From contig NC_043004.1 in the NCBI RefSeq assembly GCF_006345805.1, forward strand, positions 41,168,001 to 41,232,000: a stretch of 64,000 nucleotides of DNA. Reading direction: 5' to 3'. Numbering within the stretch: position 1 is the stretch's first letter; each line of letters starts with the position of its first letter. The position numbers were made by a program, and so were the translations under genes. Source of the DNA: Octopus sinensis (lineage: Eukaryota). The notes beneath the pieces were generated by a model that had not been told where the DNA came from, did no database searches, and saw only the letters and a list, made by a program, of their open reading frames with translations. Positions 48,323 through 60,887 of this stretch are shown here, one piece after another.

Positions 48323-48632
48323 AATATTTCATTAGTTATAAAATATGTAATTGTGCTCTACATACATTAATTTCATGTTTTGGTAAAAATGTCATTATGA
48401 ATGAAACTTATAACTACTAATATAGGTAACTAAAGAGTTAAAAAAGATTTTTGAAAAGGAGCCAATTTAGATAAATGTATTCCTGGGAAACAATCGCTCC
48501 CCTTGCTCCTCTATTAGCTATGCCCACTGACCAGTTCCCAAACTTTTGCCTCTTGGAGAAACCATGAAATGCATTCTATGTCTCAGAGAGCCCTTACATC
48601 AAAAATATTATATACCTTTATTAATCTTCTTT

Positions 48633-48946
48633 CATCATCATCATCATCGTTTAACATCCGTTTTCCGTGCTAGCACAGGTTGGACAGTTCGACCGGGGTC
48701 TGGGAAGCCAGGAGGCTGCACCAGGCTCCAGTCTGATCTGGCAGTGTTTCTACAGCTGGATGCCCTTCCTAACGCCAACCACTCCGTGAGTGTAGTGGGT
48801 GCTTTTTAAGTGCCACCGGCACAGGAGCCAGAGTAGGCTGGCAGCGGCCACTTTCGGATGGTGCTTTTTACGTCCCACTGGCACAGGAGCCAGAGCAGGC
48901 TGGCAGCGGCCACTTTCGGATGGTGCTTTTTACGTGCCACTGGCAC
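48633..48946 (-). mobile_element. SINE-like family D with internal tandem units
   Basis: (cat)n...ggatggtgctttttacgt repeated. Confidence 0.87.
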
Positions 48947-49154
48947 ACTCTTTTAAAAATATAAATTTCTTTAGAGATTAACTAGCTCATAAAACTATCT
49001 TTGAAAGGTTTCCCAGTATTCTACATCAATGTTCCATGAGAAATCACAGAGAAATTAAAGAAATTTCATTTTAAGCAAAACCTTGATTTAATCAAATACC
49101 ACAATTCCCTAATAAGCAGTCTTCTGTGTTGAAGTCCATTGTATAAACATATAT

Positions 49155-49361
49155 GAGAAGGTGGTAAAGTTCCTGGCTTTAAGGGTATCGTGAAAGGCCT
49201 GGTTGGAGGCCCAACCTTCTGAAGTTCTTTTACAGGGTTTAGAAAAACTGAAGGACTGCTGCAATAAGTGGGTGAATCTGAGAGGGGAATATGTTGAATA
49301 AAATCATACCCAATCCTCCTGTATTTTCTTTTACCCAAAGCCAGGAACTTTTCAGCACCCC

Positions 49362-49362
<1 letters not shown>
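49155..49362 (+). mobile_element. short mariner derivative (transposase C-terminus between TIR-like ends)
   Basis: aaagttcctggcttt ... aaagccaggaacttt inverted ends; GLEKLKDCCNKWVNLRGEYVE* resembles mariner C-termini. Confidence 0.7.
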
Positions 49363-49403
<41 letters not shown>

Positions 49404-49830
49404 TTGTATGTATGTATGTATGGATGCATGTTTGTATGTATGTATGTATGTATGTTTGTATGCATGTATGCATGTTTGTATGTATGTATGTATGTATGCA
49501 TGTTTGTATGTATGTATGTATGTATGTATGTATGTATGCATGTTTGTATGCATGTTTGTATGTATGTATGTATGTATGTATGCATGCATGTACGTACGTA
49601 CGTTTGTATGTATGTATGTATGTATGTATGTATGTATGTATGTGTGTATGTATGTATGCATGCGTATGTATGTGTGTATGTATGTATGTATGTATGCATA
49701 TTTGTATGTATGTATGTATGCATGTTTGTATGTATGTATGTATATATGTATGTATGTATGTATGTATGCATGTGTATGTATGTATGTGTGTGTGTATGTA
49801 TGTATGTAAGTGTATGTGTGTGTGTGTTTG
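49363..49830. repeat. (TG)n/(TATG)n compound microsatellite
   Basis: About 470 bp; source of the MYVC ORFs. Confidence 0.95.
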
Positions 49831-50644
49831 TCTCCCCAGCTATTTGACAATCAGTGTTGCTTTGTCTATGTCCCTGTATCTTGATAGTTCAGCAAAACAG
49901 GTCAATATAATAAGCACCATACTTGAAATTAAGTACTGGGTCTAATCTGTTTGCCCAAACCCTCCAAGATCGTGTTCCAGTATGGCCACAGTCTAATACT
50001 GAAACATGTAAAAGATAAAGGATAAAGATATGACATGTGGGAGATTTAGTGTAACTAGGACTACATTTGTCAATGTTTCATTCCTTTTTTTAAAAAAAAG
50101 CTAGAGCGTGATATGCTGTTGATTTGGCTGCTATTTCTAGCATGTGGAGGCTTTGTTATTTGCTTATTTGGCCTTTTTCTCAGTCACAGTTTATGGAAGA
50201 TTACCTTTTTCAACATGCTCTTTCATTCTGAATGTGACAGGGTGTGATATGATAGAGATTTGGCTGCTGCTTCTAGCACGTTGAGCAACCATGAACAAAC
50301 TTTCTCAAGACTCCAATTTCCAAAGTATAATTTTCATATCTGGCTTTGATTATAGAGCTCAATGTAGTTCATATGTTTAGAATGCAGAAAACGAAAACAA
50401 AATAACTTAATCACCACCATCTTTAGAAAAATCCTGTGGAAATATGAGAGTATGATATAAATTTACATAATTACAGCCACATGTTTGGAAAGAGGAGAAA
50501 GTGAGGAGGGGGAGGGGGAGGAAAAGAATTAAGAAGCAGAAGAGATGAGAATAGTAAGGTAGATGATAAAGAGAATGTGTAAATGTCCTCTAGTCTCTCA
50601 ACCCAAATTCATCTGGTACTCATCTAAAAATAATAATAATAATA

Positions 50645-50862
50645 ATAATCCTTTCTACTATAGACGCAAGATCTGAAATTTTTGGAGAGAGGAATAGTCA
50701 ATTACATCGACTCCAGTGTTTCACTGGTACTTAATTTATCGACCCGGAAAGAATGAAAGGCAAAGCTGACCTCAGCGGAATTTGAACTCAGAACGTAGCA
50801 ACGGATGAAAAACTGCTAAGCATTCTGTTCGATGTGTTAACAATTCTGCTGGCTCACCGCCT
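50645..50862 (-). mobile_element. SINE family C (second diverged copy at 50890-51095)
   Basis: Reverse copy. Confidence 0.75.
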
Positions 50863-51099
50863 TTTTAACAACAATAATAATAAGCCTTTCAACTAAAGGC
50901 ACAATGCCTGATTCTTTTCAGAAGGGGTTAAGTCAATTACATCGACTCCAGGATTTTGCTGTCACTTAATCTATCAACCCCGAAAGGATGAAAGTCAACG
51001 TCAGCCTTGGTGGAATTTGAACTCAAAACATGAAAACTGATGAAATGCCGTTAAGCATTTTGTCCAGCGTGGTGGCAATTCTGTTGGCTCACTGCTTTT

Positions 51100-51152
<53 letters not shown>

Positions 51153-51229
51153 AATAACAACAACAAGAGTACTCAGAGAGTACAAACTTCTGCCAACACA
51201 ACACCCCTCTCAATAATTAACCAGAGATG

Positions 51230-52260
51230 ATTATTAAAATGAGAATATATGAAAAAAATGGCAAGACTTTCACCCGTTCCCCACCAAAAAAAACACCCTG
51301 TTGGTCATTTTGTTTCTCAGGTGTTCTTTTTGTTTTCATGAATTTTGTGGTTGTGAATATGTTTGTAAAAATTGGTTGTCTTGTGATGAAGATGCTGATG
51401 TTTGTGTTTTGTTTTTAAAGTGGAGTGGTGATAGATTTTGCTTTTACTGTCATATCTTAGGGCTTTCGATTTGGGCTGGTCTCTGTTTCATAATCAGTTT
51501 TTCTCTTATCTCCAACAAAGGCCTTTTGGTGTGATATCAATGAGGACTTTGCTTTTGTGAGGCCTGAGTTGGGAGAAGGAGGTAGACTCGAGGTAATAGA
51601 TTTGTCCCCACCTTGAAGAGTTGTTAGCAATGGTGGAGAGCTTCATGCTTCTCCACTGTGGAGCAAAAGACTTTGAGGTGATTTGTATTCCCATGCACAC
51701 TAAACACTTCTGTTTTTACCCCTCCATAGAAACTGGCATCTGTTCACATTCCCCGAAACAGATAAAATTAGGAATGTAATTTAGTTCCTCTGGAGAAACT
51801 AGAATCTGGAATTCCATAAGAATTCCAGTCCTGTTGAGTTGTGGAGTGGACTTCACCTCCACAATCTCCCCATGTTCTTCCAGAATGGCTAAAACCTTCG
51901 CCAGATCACAGTAATCCAGCATGTTCTTGACTTGAATTCAAATTAACCTTTTATCCATGTAATAGGGAATCATTAAAAAAGCCTGGTTATAGTAGCCATT
52001 ACAAGTTATAGTAACCATTCTCTTGGCTTCTTGCTCACTGCTGCATACAGCAGCAACCATCCCACATTGTTTACCTTTCAGTATGTGTAGCACTGAGTGC
52101 CACACATCATCGAGGCAATTTTCAGTCTCTGCTGGAGAAAGAAATTTAAACTTCTTCTCCGTGCGAGAAACACATTTATAAACAATTGTTTGTCTTTCGG
52201 AGGTTTTTATCTCCTCCTCACTAAGGCACATAACACCTGGTTTCATAATGTCATTCTTGT
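51230..52260 (-). mobile_element. probable Tx1/L1-like LINE ORF1 remnant
   Basis: Adjacent frames read ...IPYYMDKRLI*IQVKNML...LEEHGEIVEV...MPVSMEGRKQKCLVC, an RRM-like region followed by V.EGR..C..C typical of L1/Tx1 ORF1; degraded. Confidence 0.55.
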
Positions 52261-52282
52261 ATTTCGGTGCCTTATTTTAAAG

Positions 52283-52682
52283 TCATCATCATCATCATCA
52301 TCGTTTAACGTCCGCTTTCCATGCAAGCATGAGTTGGACGGTTCAACTGGGGTCTGGGAAGCCCGAAGGCTGCACCAGGCCCCAGTCAGATCTGGCAGTG
52401 TTTCTACAGCTGGATGCCCTTCCTAATGCCAACCACTCCGTGAGTGTAGTGGATGCTTTTTACGTGCCATCGACACAGGTGCCAGACGAGGCCACACTCG
52501 GATGGTGCTTTTTACGTGCCACCAGCACGGAGGCCAGGCAAGGCTGGCAAACGGCCACGATCGGATGGTGTTTGTTACGTGCCACCGGCACGGAGGCCAG
52601 GTGATGCGGCGCTGGCTAAGGCCACGTTTGGATGGTTCTCTTACGTGCCACTGGCACTGGTATCACAACTACAAATTCCATT
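52283..52682 (-). mobile_element. SINE-like family D, long form with tandem units
   Basis: (cat)n head on +, three to four ggatggtg..tttacgtgccac units. Confidence 0.87.
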
Positions 52683-53214
52683 GATGTTGATCGATTTTGA
52701 TTTTTAGAAAAAAATAGTCCAATTGCTAATGGTTTTAGAAAAGGAATTAACTTTGTTGAGGTTCATTGTGTTATTATTGCTGCTATTGTTGTTGTTGTTG
52801 TTGTTTTCAATCTTGTTCATGTTACTTTTCTCGCTTTTGATCTTGTTGTTAATGTTGTCATTGATACAGTTGCTATTATTGTTTTTGTTTCTGCTGTTTG
52901 TAGTGGTGGTGGTGCTGCTGCTGGTATTGTTTACATTGTTGCTGCTGGTACTTTTGCACTTCTTACTCTCGTTGTAGCAACAAGAGGAAATTATATTTCT
53001 CTTTGGCAAGAAACTAATCTCACCTTCAGCTGCATTTGCTTTCAGAGTTTCAACTGAGTCAGCAGATTGCTGCTCTTGGTCAATTATTATTACTATTTTT
53101 CTGTCATCCAACATTTTTCAAAATTGGAAAAATGAATAAAATCTTGTCTTCACAAAAAATGCAAAACAATTATTACACCTTCAAAAAGTGGGGTGCAATT
53201 ACACAAAATGTTAC

Positions 53215-53445
53215 CTATTTCTTTATTACCCACAAGGGGCTAAACACAGAGGGGACAAACAAGGACAGACATAGGTATTAAGTCGATCAGATCGACCCCA
53301 GTGTGTAACTGGTACTTAATTTATCGACCCCGAAAGGATGAAAGGCAAAGTCGACCTCGGCGGAATTTGAACTCACAACGTAACGCAGACGAAATACGGC
53401 TACGCATTTCGCCCGGCATGCTAACGTTTCTGCCAGCTCGCCGCC
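53215..53445 (-). mobile_element. SINE family C, full length
   Basis: Near-consensus reverse copy. Confidence 0.88.
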
Positions 53446-53905
53446 TTTTGCAAAAGTTACCACACAAAATGTTACCACCACAATCAAGCAAAATACTCGT
53501 AAAATAGAATTTTGAATGACCGGGCTGCAACCAGCTAAAATGCTTGATTAAACACTTACAAGTTATAGAATTCCAACTTGTATGACTTCACAGGCTGACA
53601 GCCATAATGATAATAATAACAACAACAATAATGGTTTCAAATTTCGACACAAGGCCTGAAATTATGGGGAAGGGACCAAGTCGATATCATTGATCCCAGT
53701 ACTTGATTGGTACTTATTTTATTGATCCCAGAAGGATGAAAAGCAAATTCAGAACGTACATCGACCCCAGTGTTTCACTGGTACTTACATCAACTCCTTT
53801 GTGTTTTACTGGTATTTAATTCATCACTCCCCAAAAGATGAAGTGCAAAGCCAACGATGGTGGAATTTGAATTCAGAACGTAAATTCTGCAAGTTCACTG
53901 CCTTT

Positions 53906-53947
<42 letters not shown>

Positions 53948-54740
53948 TTTACTATAGGCACAAGGCCTGAAATTTGGGATGAGGGGACTAGTCGATTATA
54001 TTAACCCCAGTATGCAACTGGTACTTATTTATCGACCCCGAAAGGATGAAAGGCAAAGTCGACCTCGGCGGAATTTGAACTCACAACGTAACGCAGACGA
54101 AATACGGCTACGCATTTCGCCCGGCATGCTAACGTTTCTGCCAGCTCGCCGCCTTTTGCAAAAGTTACCACACAAAATGTTACCACCACAATCAAGCAAA
54201 ATACTCGTAAAATAGAATTTTGAATGACCGGGCTGCAACCAGCTAAAATGCTTGATTAAACACTTACAAGTTATAGAATTCCAACTTGTATGACTTCACA
54301 GGCTGACAGCCATAATGATAATAATAACAACAACAATAATGGTTTCAAATTTCGACACAAGGCCTGAAATTATGGGGAAGGGACCAAGTCGATATCATTG
54401 ATCCCAGTACTTGATTGGTACTTATTTTATTGATCCCAGAAGGATGAAAAGCAAATTCAGAACGTACATCGACCCCAGTGTTTCACTGGTACTTACATCA
54501 ACTCCTTTGTGTTTTACTGGTATTTAATTCATCACTCCCCAAAAGATGAAGTGCAAAGCCAACGATGGTGGAATTTGAATTCAGAACGTAAATTCTGCAA
54601 GTTCACTGCCTTTTTAATAATAATAATAATAATATAATAATAATAATAATAATACTTTTTACTATAGGCACAAGGCCTGAAATTTGGGATGAGGGGACTA
54701 GTCGATTATATTAACCCCAGTATGCAACTGGTACTTATTT
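53310..54740. repeat. about 708-bp near-exact tandem duplication
   Basis: ORFs 53321-53530 and 54029-54238 are identical (offset 708); the whole block repeats, differing mainly in an (aat)n run. Confidence 0.93.
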
Positions 54741-55346
54741 TATCAACCCTGAAAGGAAGGGCAAAAATCACCCTTGGTGGTATTTGAACTCAGAATGTAA
54801 AGAAGGACGAAATTCTGCTTAGCATTTTCTCTGGTGCAGTAATAATTCTTCTAGTTTGCTGTCTTAATAATAATAATAATAATAACAATGGTTTCAATTT
54901 TGGCACTAGGCCAGCAATTTCAGGGAAGGGAGTAAGTTGATTATGTCAACCCCAGTATTTGACTGATACTTATTTTATCAACCCCAGTAACATTGAAACT
55001 CAGAACATAAAGTCAGAAGAAATGCCGCTAATCATTTTTTCTTCCAGTGCAGACATTTGAAAGAATTCTTGGGTAAGCAGAACCTTGTTTTAAAAAAAAT
55101 GGCCTGCTATTAATCTTGTACAGGTTTTGTACATTTTATACTTTCGATCTGTAATCTATTTTCTTGACCAACAATTGCAATTAAAGAGAAAGTTGCTAGG
55201 ATAATACAATTATAAGTTGCACATCAAATTTAGGCGTTTAACATTTAGTTGATACATTAAAGGTCCTATGAAATTCTCTCTTTATTCAACTTTCACATAT
55301 TTTCACACCCTTCTTCTTTTCCACAATTCTCCCGCACTGTATTTGC

Positions 55347-55556
55347 TCTTTTACTCTTTTACTTGTTTCAGTCATTTGACTGTGGCCATGCTGGAGCACC
55401 GCCTTTAGTCGAGCAAATCGACCCCAGGACTTATTCTTTGTAAGCCTAGTACTTATTCTGTCGGTCTCTTTTGCCGAACTGCTAAGTTACAGTGACATAA
55501 ACACACCAGCATCGGTTGTCAAGCGATGTTGGGTGGGGGAACAAACATATACACAC

Positions 55557-55595
<39 letters not shown>

Positions 55596-55650
55596 CACAT
55601 ATGTGACGGGCTTCTTTCATTTTTCATCTTCCAAATTCACTCACAAGATT
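55347..55650 (-). mobile_element. SINE family A, 5'-truncated
   Basis: Tail, microsatellite and part of the core in reverse. Confidence 0.82.
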
Positions 55651-55847
55651 TTTGGTCGATTTTTGCTATTTACTTATTTTAATTATTTTCTTTATTTTTT
55701 AATCATTTCTAAGTATTTTAAATAATATTTTCAAATTTTAAATTTTTATCTAACATAGTTAACAGAGAATTCATCTCGTTATATCATCTATTTCATAATT
55801 TGTAAATTTACTTATACAGTTTTAGAATAATTTATTATTCATTTAAA

Positions 55848-56032
55848 TCATCATCATCATCATTTAACATCCGCTTTCCATGCTAGCATAGGTTGGATGG
55901 TTTTGACTGAAGGCTGGCAAACCAGATGGCTGCACTAGGCTCCAGTCTTGATCTGGCAGAGTTTCTACAGCTGGATGCCCTTCCTAATGCCAACCACTCC
56001 GTGAGTGTAGTGGGTGCTTTTTACATGCGACC
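55848..56032 (-). mobile_element. SINE-like family D
   Basis: Standard D body. Confidence 0.85.
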
Positions 56033-56325
56033 TGACAAATAGATCAACTGAACTAGTTTCAATACCTGACAAATGGGATCAACTGGACTAGTTTCAACAT
56101 TTGTTGAGATTATATAAACATCAACTGCCCTTCCCTAGCTGTCCATAGTCATACTGTAATTGAAGCCACTATTGTTAAAGGTTTTATTGCATGGGGTACA
56201 TCAATTTACATAAATGAGACATTTTTAGCAACTATTTTGCTTAATGAATTACTGTTAGCAATGTTTGTTTTTAATGCTATGATGTACTTAAAGAGTAAAC
56301 TTTTTTAGCCAATTTATGTATAAAT

Positions 56326-56632
56326 TGTGGAGGCGCAATGGCCCAGTGGTCAGGACAGCGGACTCGCGGTCGGAGGATCGTGGTTTCGATTCCCAGGCCG
56401 GGCGTTGTGTGTGTTTATTGAGCGCAAATACCTAAAGGTCCATGAGGCTCCGGCAGATGGTGGTGGTGACCTCTGTTATACTCTTTCGCCCCAACTTTCT
56501 CTCACTCTTTCTTCCTGTTTCTTGGGTAACGCTGTGATGGATTGACGTCCCGTCTAGCTGGGGAGAACACATACGCCACAGAAACTGGGAAACCGAGCCC
56601 ATGAGCCTGGCTAGGCTTGAAAAGGGTGCATA
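56326..56632 (+). mobile_element. SINE family B
   Basis: ggaggcgcaatggcccagtggtcaggacagcggactcgcgg...ggtttcgattcccagg. Confidence 0.85.
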
Positions 56633-56814
56633 AATATAAAAACATGAATAAATTAATTAAGCTTAATTAAAAACAGAGGGCATCATAAATGACTGACTTT
56701 TTTTTCATTTTATACAGTTTTATTGTGAGCAAAAAGGAATCAACTGTATTAACAACTGACTACCCTTCTCTAACAAGCCATAATAAGATTATATTTATAC
56801 CCAGTAAAGCACTG

Positions 56815-57015
56815 AGCCAGCAGAATCACTAGCATGTCAGGTAAAATGCTTAGCAACATTTTGTTTGTCTTAATGTTCTGAGTTCAAATTCCACCGAGGG
56901 TCAATTTTGCCTTTCATCCTTTTGGGGCTGAAAAAATAAGAATCAGTCATGTACTGGGGATTGATGTAACTGACTAGCCCCTTCCCCTAAAATTTCAGGC
57001 CGATACTAGAAAGGA
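56815..57015 (+). mobile_element. SINE family C, diverged
   Basis: gagttcaaattcc...ttttgcctttcatcctttgggg. Confidence 0.65.
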
Positions 57016-57179
57016 TTATATTTATACCAAGTATTATTAAGAGCTTTATTCAATCAAGACACAGATTTCTATAAATCAGACTCGTTTTAGATATTAATTG
57101 TTATAAAACAATTAATATTGCGATGTATAATTTTAAAACAAATTCTTTCTTATAATGATGATAATGTAGACATACTTAC

Positions 57180-57293
57180 AATCCTTCATTACTGTAGGTA
57201 TTCCGAAATATCATTTTGGTACAAGCCTGGATCCATCCAATTTTCCATGACTCTGAACGCATACTTGGAGCCATTTGGACTGTAGCACTAGCT
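57180..57293 (-). CDS. FAM78: FAM78-family protein, internal 114-nt exon
   Basis: Acceptor ttttccttgcag, donor TT|GTAAGT; reads ASATVQMAPSMRSESWKIGWIQACTKMIFRNTYSNEG, matching FAM78 ASA..V..P....W.VGWIQAC..M.F.NTY. The phase-2 join to 23721 gives EG-F-TSWE in frame. Confidence 0.93.
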
Positions 57294-58091
57294 CTGCAAG
57301 GAAAAATTTTGAATAAATAATAAATTGACAGATTTTTTTTTTATAGCCAAAAAATGATAATCATAATAATAAGTCTGATTCCACAAAACAGAGAAAATAT
57401 TCACCTAATTGAGTGGGCAGTGGAGATTGTAATGGAGGAAATCATGTACATTCAGATGCACACACATACATACATATGCATATACACACATATATACATA
57501 CATACACATGCAAACACACACACATACATATGTATATGCATGCATGTATAGGCACACACACATATGCACAAACAAACAAAAGGGAACGCAGTGTAAATAA
57601 CGGACAGAGTCAAGACTATTGAAAAGGTTGCAAGACACAATGAAAATTTTAGAAAATAAAAATAAGAAATAAGTGGAAATTTTACCGGTGAGTGTGTTAA
57701 ATAATAAGGCACTAAAAGAGAATTACTCTTCCCAGAGAACAGAATACTAGTTGAGGTTATAAAGGTAATAGAGCAATTATAAAACTGACAGAATTATAAC
57801 ACCATTTGTGCTCAGACAACTTGAAAGGTAATTCTGTGTGGCCTGCAGGTAAAAGACCTCACCAACAATATGAAGTTTCCAACTGATAAGGAAGCATAAT
57901 GGCAGTAACAGAGTTGAGGCTTTTGCCTGTAAGTTAATATCTATTATCCCTTGATCCCCATCTTTAAAACCACTTTATTCAACTTTTGGCATGCTAGAGA
58001 GAGCAGCTAAATTCCCTCAAATAACATCACACTGCTGTAGAAAAAGACATTTCAGGTCAACATGATTCTAGATAATTTATATTGTAATTAT

Positions 58092-58323
58092 TTTACCCTG
58101 TATCATTTAACCCAGTCATATCTGGCCCCAAATATGCTACTTGATTTTATGTTGAAACCAGCTTGATCAGACCTTTCACACCTGGCCAAAAATGTCACCC
58201 TAAAAATAAGCAATCCCAAAATTGAAATATCAAAGCTACAAGATAATGCATCATTAATTTAAACTACAATGTGAATAAAATAACATTATATTTGAGAGAG
58301 TAATCTGAATGCTAAAGGGTTAA
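58092..58323. mobile_element. MITE family F, diverged
   Basis: Right end atgctaaagggttaa. Confidence 0.65.
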
Positions 58324-58337
58324 AGTTTTATATTCAA

Positions 58338-58728
58338 CTAGCAGTATTGCCCGGCATTGCTCGGGTTTGTAAGGGAAATAACTATATAAGCATTTTTAGA
58401 GAGTTACTTCCCTTATGTAATAGCAAAAAATGCATTAAAATGGGAAAAATTATGGTAAATTTTTTTTAAATCGTAGACATTTTTAGAGAGTAACTTCCCT
58501 TATATAATAGCAAAAAAAAAATGCATTAAAAATGGAAAAAAATGATGGTAAATTTTTTTTAAATCGTAGACTCATCGTAGATGCGCGCTAATACCCAGAA
58601 GGGCTCGATATGAATCACGACTATAAGATACCCACTTTTGGTTAAACTACACCGCAAAATGTGGGAGTAGTTAGGAATCTAAATCGTAGGAGACAGACAC
58701 CACACAACTTTTCTTTTATATATATAGA
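58338..58728 (-). mobile_element. non-autonomous Helitron
   Basis: Minus strand A|TCTATATATATAAAAG ... CCCGAGCAATGCCGGG hairpin ... CTAG|T: TC start, subterminal hairpin, CTRR end, A|T target, no TSD. Confidence 0.85.
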
Positions 58729-58974
58729 TAATTTTTACAAATTTTAATGTTTTCATGTTCCACATAATTATCAGCATCAACATCATTTAGCTTCCATATT
58801 CCATATTATTGTAAATAAAGGTTATTTGGCAGTGACTTTGAGTTTTGTACAAGGGTGCAGGTTTCAAGTTCAGTCCCACTGCATGCACTTTCAGCAAGTA
58901 TATTCTGCTATAGTTCTTGGTTGATCAAAGCCTTCTAAAATGGATTTAGTTTGGCTGAAACTGAAAAGAAAACT

Positions 58975-59305
58975 GTTGTCTGCACTGGCCATGTCATCAG
59001 AATGACTAGATAGCTGTTGTATGGCAAAATCATGCAAGGCTCATGCAGTCAAGGAAGGCCTAAGCTGAGGTACATGGACGCTTGGGAAAACGATCTCAAA
59101 TGGAGTGGCATTTGTCCATGTGAACATGAAGACTCTGCTGCAGACAGATCACAATGGAGATTTCTCACCTCATGGGAAGCAGTAGCTGCCTTCAAAGAGA
59201 ACAGGGAAGCATCTGTTTCAAAAACAGAGTATCGTTGCGACACCTGTGGGTGCCTGTGTGCTTCCAGCTCTGGGCTACAGAGTCACATGCACTCTCATCA
59301 TTGAG
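58975..59305 (+). mobile_element. RTE/BovB-type LINE 3' end with C2H2-like finger
   Basis: GHVIRM..LLYGKI..GRPKLRYMD...DRSQWR...YRCDTCGCLCASSSGLQSHMHSH. Confidence 0.82.
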
Positions 59306-59341
59306 AACACAGATTTTGTCATCATCAAGCACCAATATATA

Positions 59342-59519
59342 TCAGGAGTGGCTGTGTGGTAAGTAGCTTAGTAACCAACTACATGGTTCCGGGTTCAGTC
59401 CCACTGCGTGGCATCTTGGGCAAGTGTCTTCTGCTATAGCCCTGAGCCGACCAATGTCTTGTGAGTGGATCTGGTAGACGGAAACTGATAGAAGCCTGTC
59501 GTATATATGTGTGTGTGTG

Positions 59520-59552
<33 letters not shown>

Positions 59553-59752
59553 CTGTGTTTGTACCCCTAGCATTGCTTGATAACCGATGCTGGTGTGTTT
59601 ACGTCCCCATCACTTAGCGGTTCGGCAAAAGAGACCGATAGAATAAGTACTGGGCTTACAAAGAATAAGTCCCGGGGTCGATTTGCTCGACTAAAGGCGG
59701 TGCTCCAGCATGGCCGCAGTCAAATGACTGAAACAAGTAAAAGAGTAAAAGA
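59342..59752 (+). mobile_element. SINE family A
   Basis: Full copy. Confidence 0.88.
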
Positions 59753-60462
59753 ATATATATACAATAAAATTAGGGTGAATACTTGATAAGTGTAAGCACC
59801 TGTATACGCCAGCTAGTAGCAGAGGTGAGAGGGTATATGTATCAAATGAAATCAAAAACAGAACACAAAGGATGTCGCGGTACGCGTGTTTCAAGCTTTA
59901 TAAACGACCTATTCTTACATCAGTGTATAATCGACATAAAGGATGGTTTAAAGCACTCTTCAGCCGCATGCAATTATTATACCAAAGAACATAAAAATCC
60001 AAAAGGTACGTTTAGTGTTACCCATAATGATAGTTGATGTAATCGACTTAATCCGTTTGTCTGTCCTTGTTCGTCCCCTCTGTGTTTAGCCCCTTGTGGG
60101 TAGTAAAGAAATAGGTTATGATGATGATGGATTTGTAAATATTCTTGTGTATAGGGTGTGACTAGTGCCATGTTTTTGAAAGCTGCCTTTCTCTTGAAAG
60201 TGAACTATGAGTAACAATGTCGATACTAAATCTGGAAAGTTCATTCTTAAACAGAAGCGGATGTACAGAAATTGGGTGTGTATGTGTGTGTGATTGTATG
60301 CTTGTTTTGATCACTGTGTGTGTGTGTGTGTGTGTGTGTGTGCATGAGTGTGTGAGTGAGTATTCAGAAAAAAGTTTCCATAACAACAAACTATAAGAAA
60401 CTTTGTTCATCAGACTAATAGTTATGTACACACACACAAATACATTCACATAGGCACAGACT

Positions 60463-60514
<52 letters not shown>

Positions 60515-60581
60515 CTGATGGCATAATTACATGTTTGTTTTGATCAGCATGCATGTGTGTATGTATGTATGTATGTATGTA

Positions 60582-60612
<31 letters not shown>

Positions 60613-60887
60613 ATGCATGTGTGTATGTGCATGCACGTGTGTATGAATGTGTGTGAGCGCAGGTATGAATGTGTGTGTGCATGTATGTGTGTGTGAGTGC
60701 ATGTATGAATGTGTGTGTGCATGTATGTGTGTGTGTGAGTGCATGTATGAATGTGTGTGTGCATGTGCAAATATGCACAAATTATATCTCATAGCTTTGC
60801 TTGTCATTGACTGAGTGAAACGGTGACATGATGTTGACATTCCTTGCTGATATTACAACCAGTTGCTTTGCACTTTCAAAGGCTTCC

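Noticed and set aside
52704-53114. 136-aa Asn/Ser/Thr-rich ORF on the - strand
   Set aside because: Decayed (AAC/AAT) trinucleotide repeat between SINEs, with no splice or domain evidence; could at most be LINE 5' sequence.
59760-60010. CpG-containing unique-looking stretch as the missing FAM78 5' exon
   Set aside because: No frame resembles the FAM78 N-terminus (..SPIVLRY.TPYF) and no suitable phase-2 donor was found; the upstream exon is probably beyond 64000.
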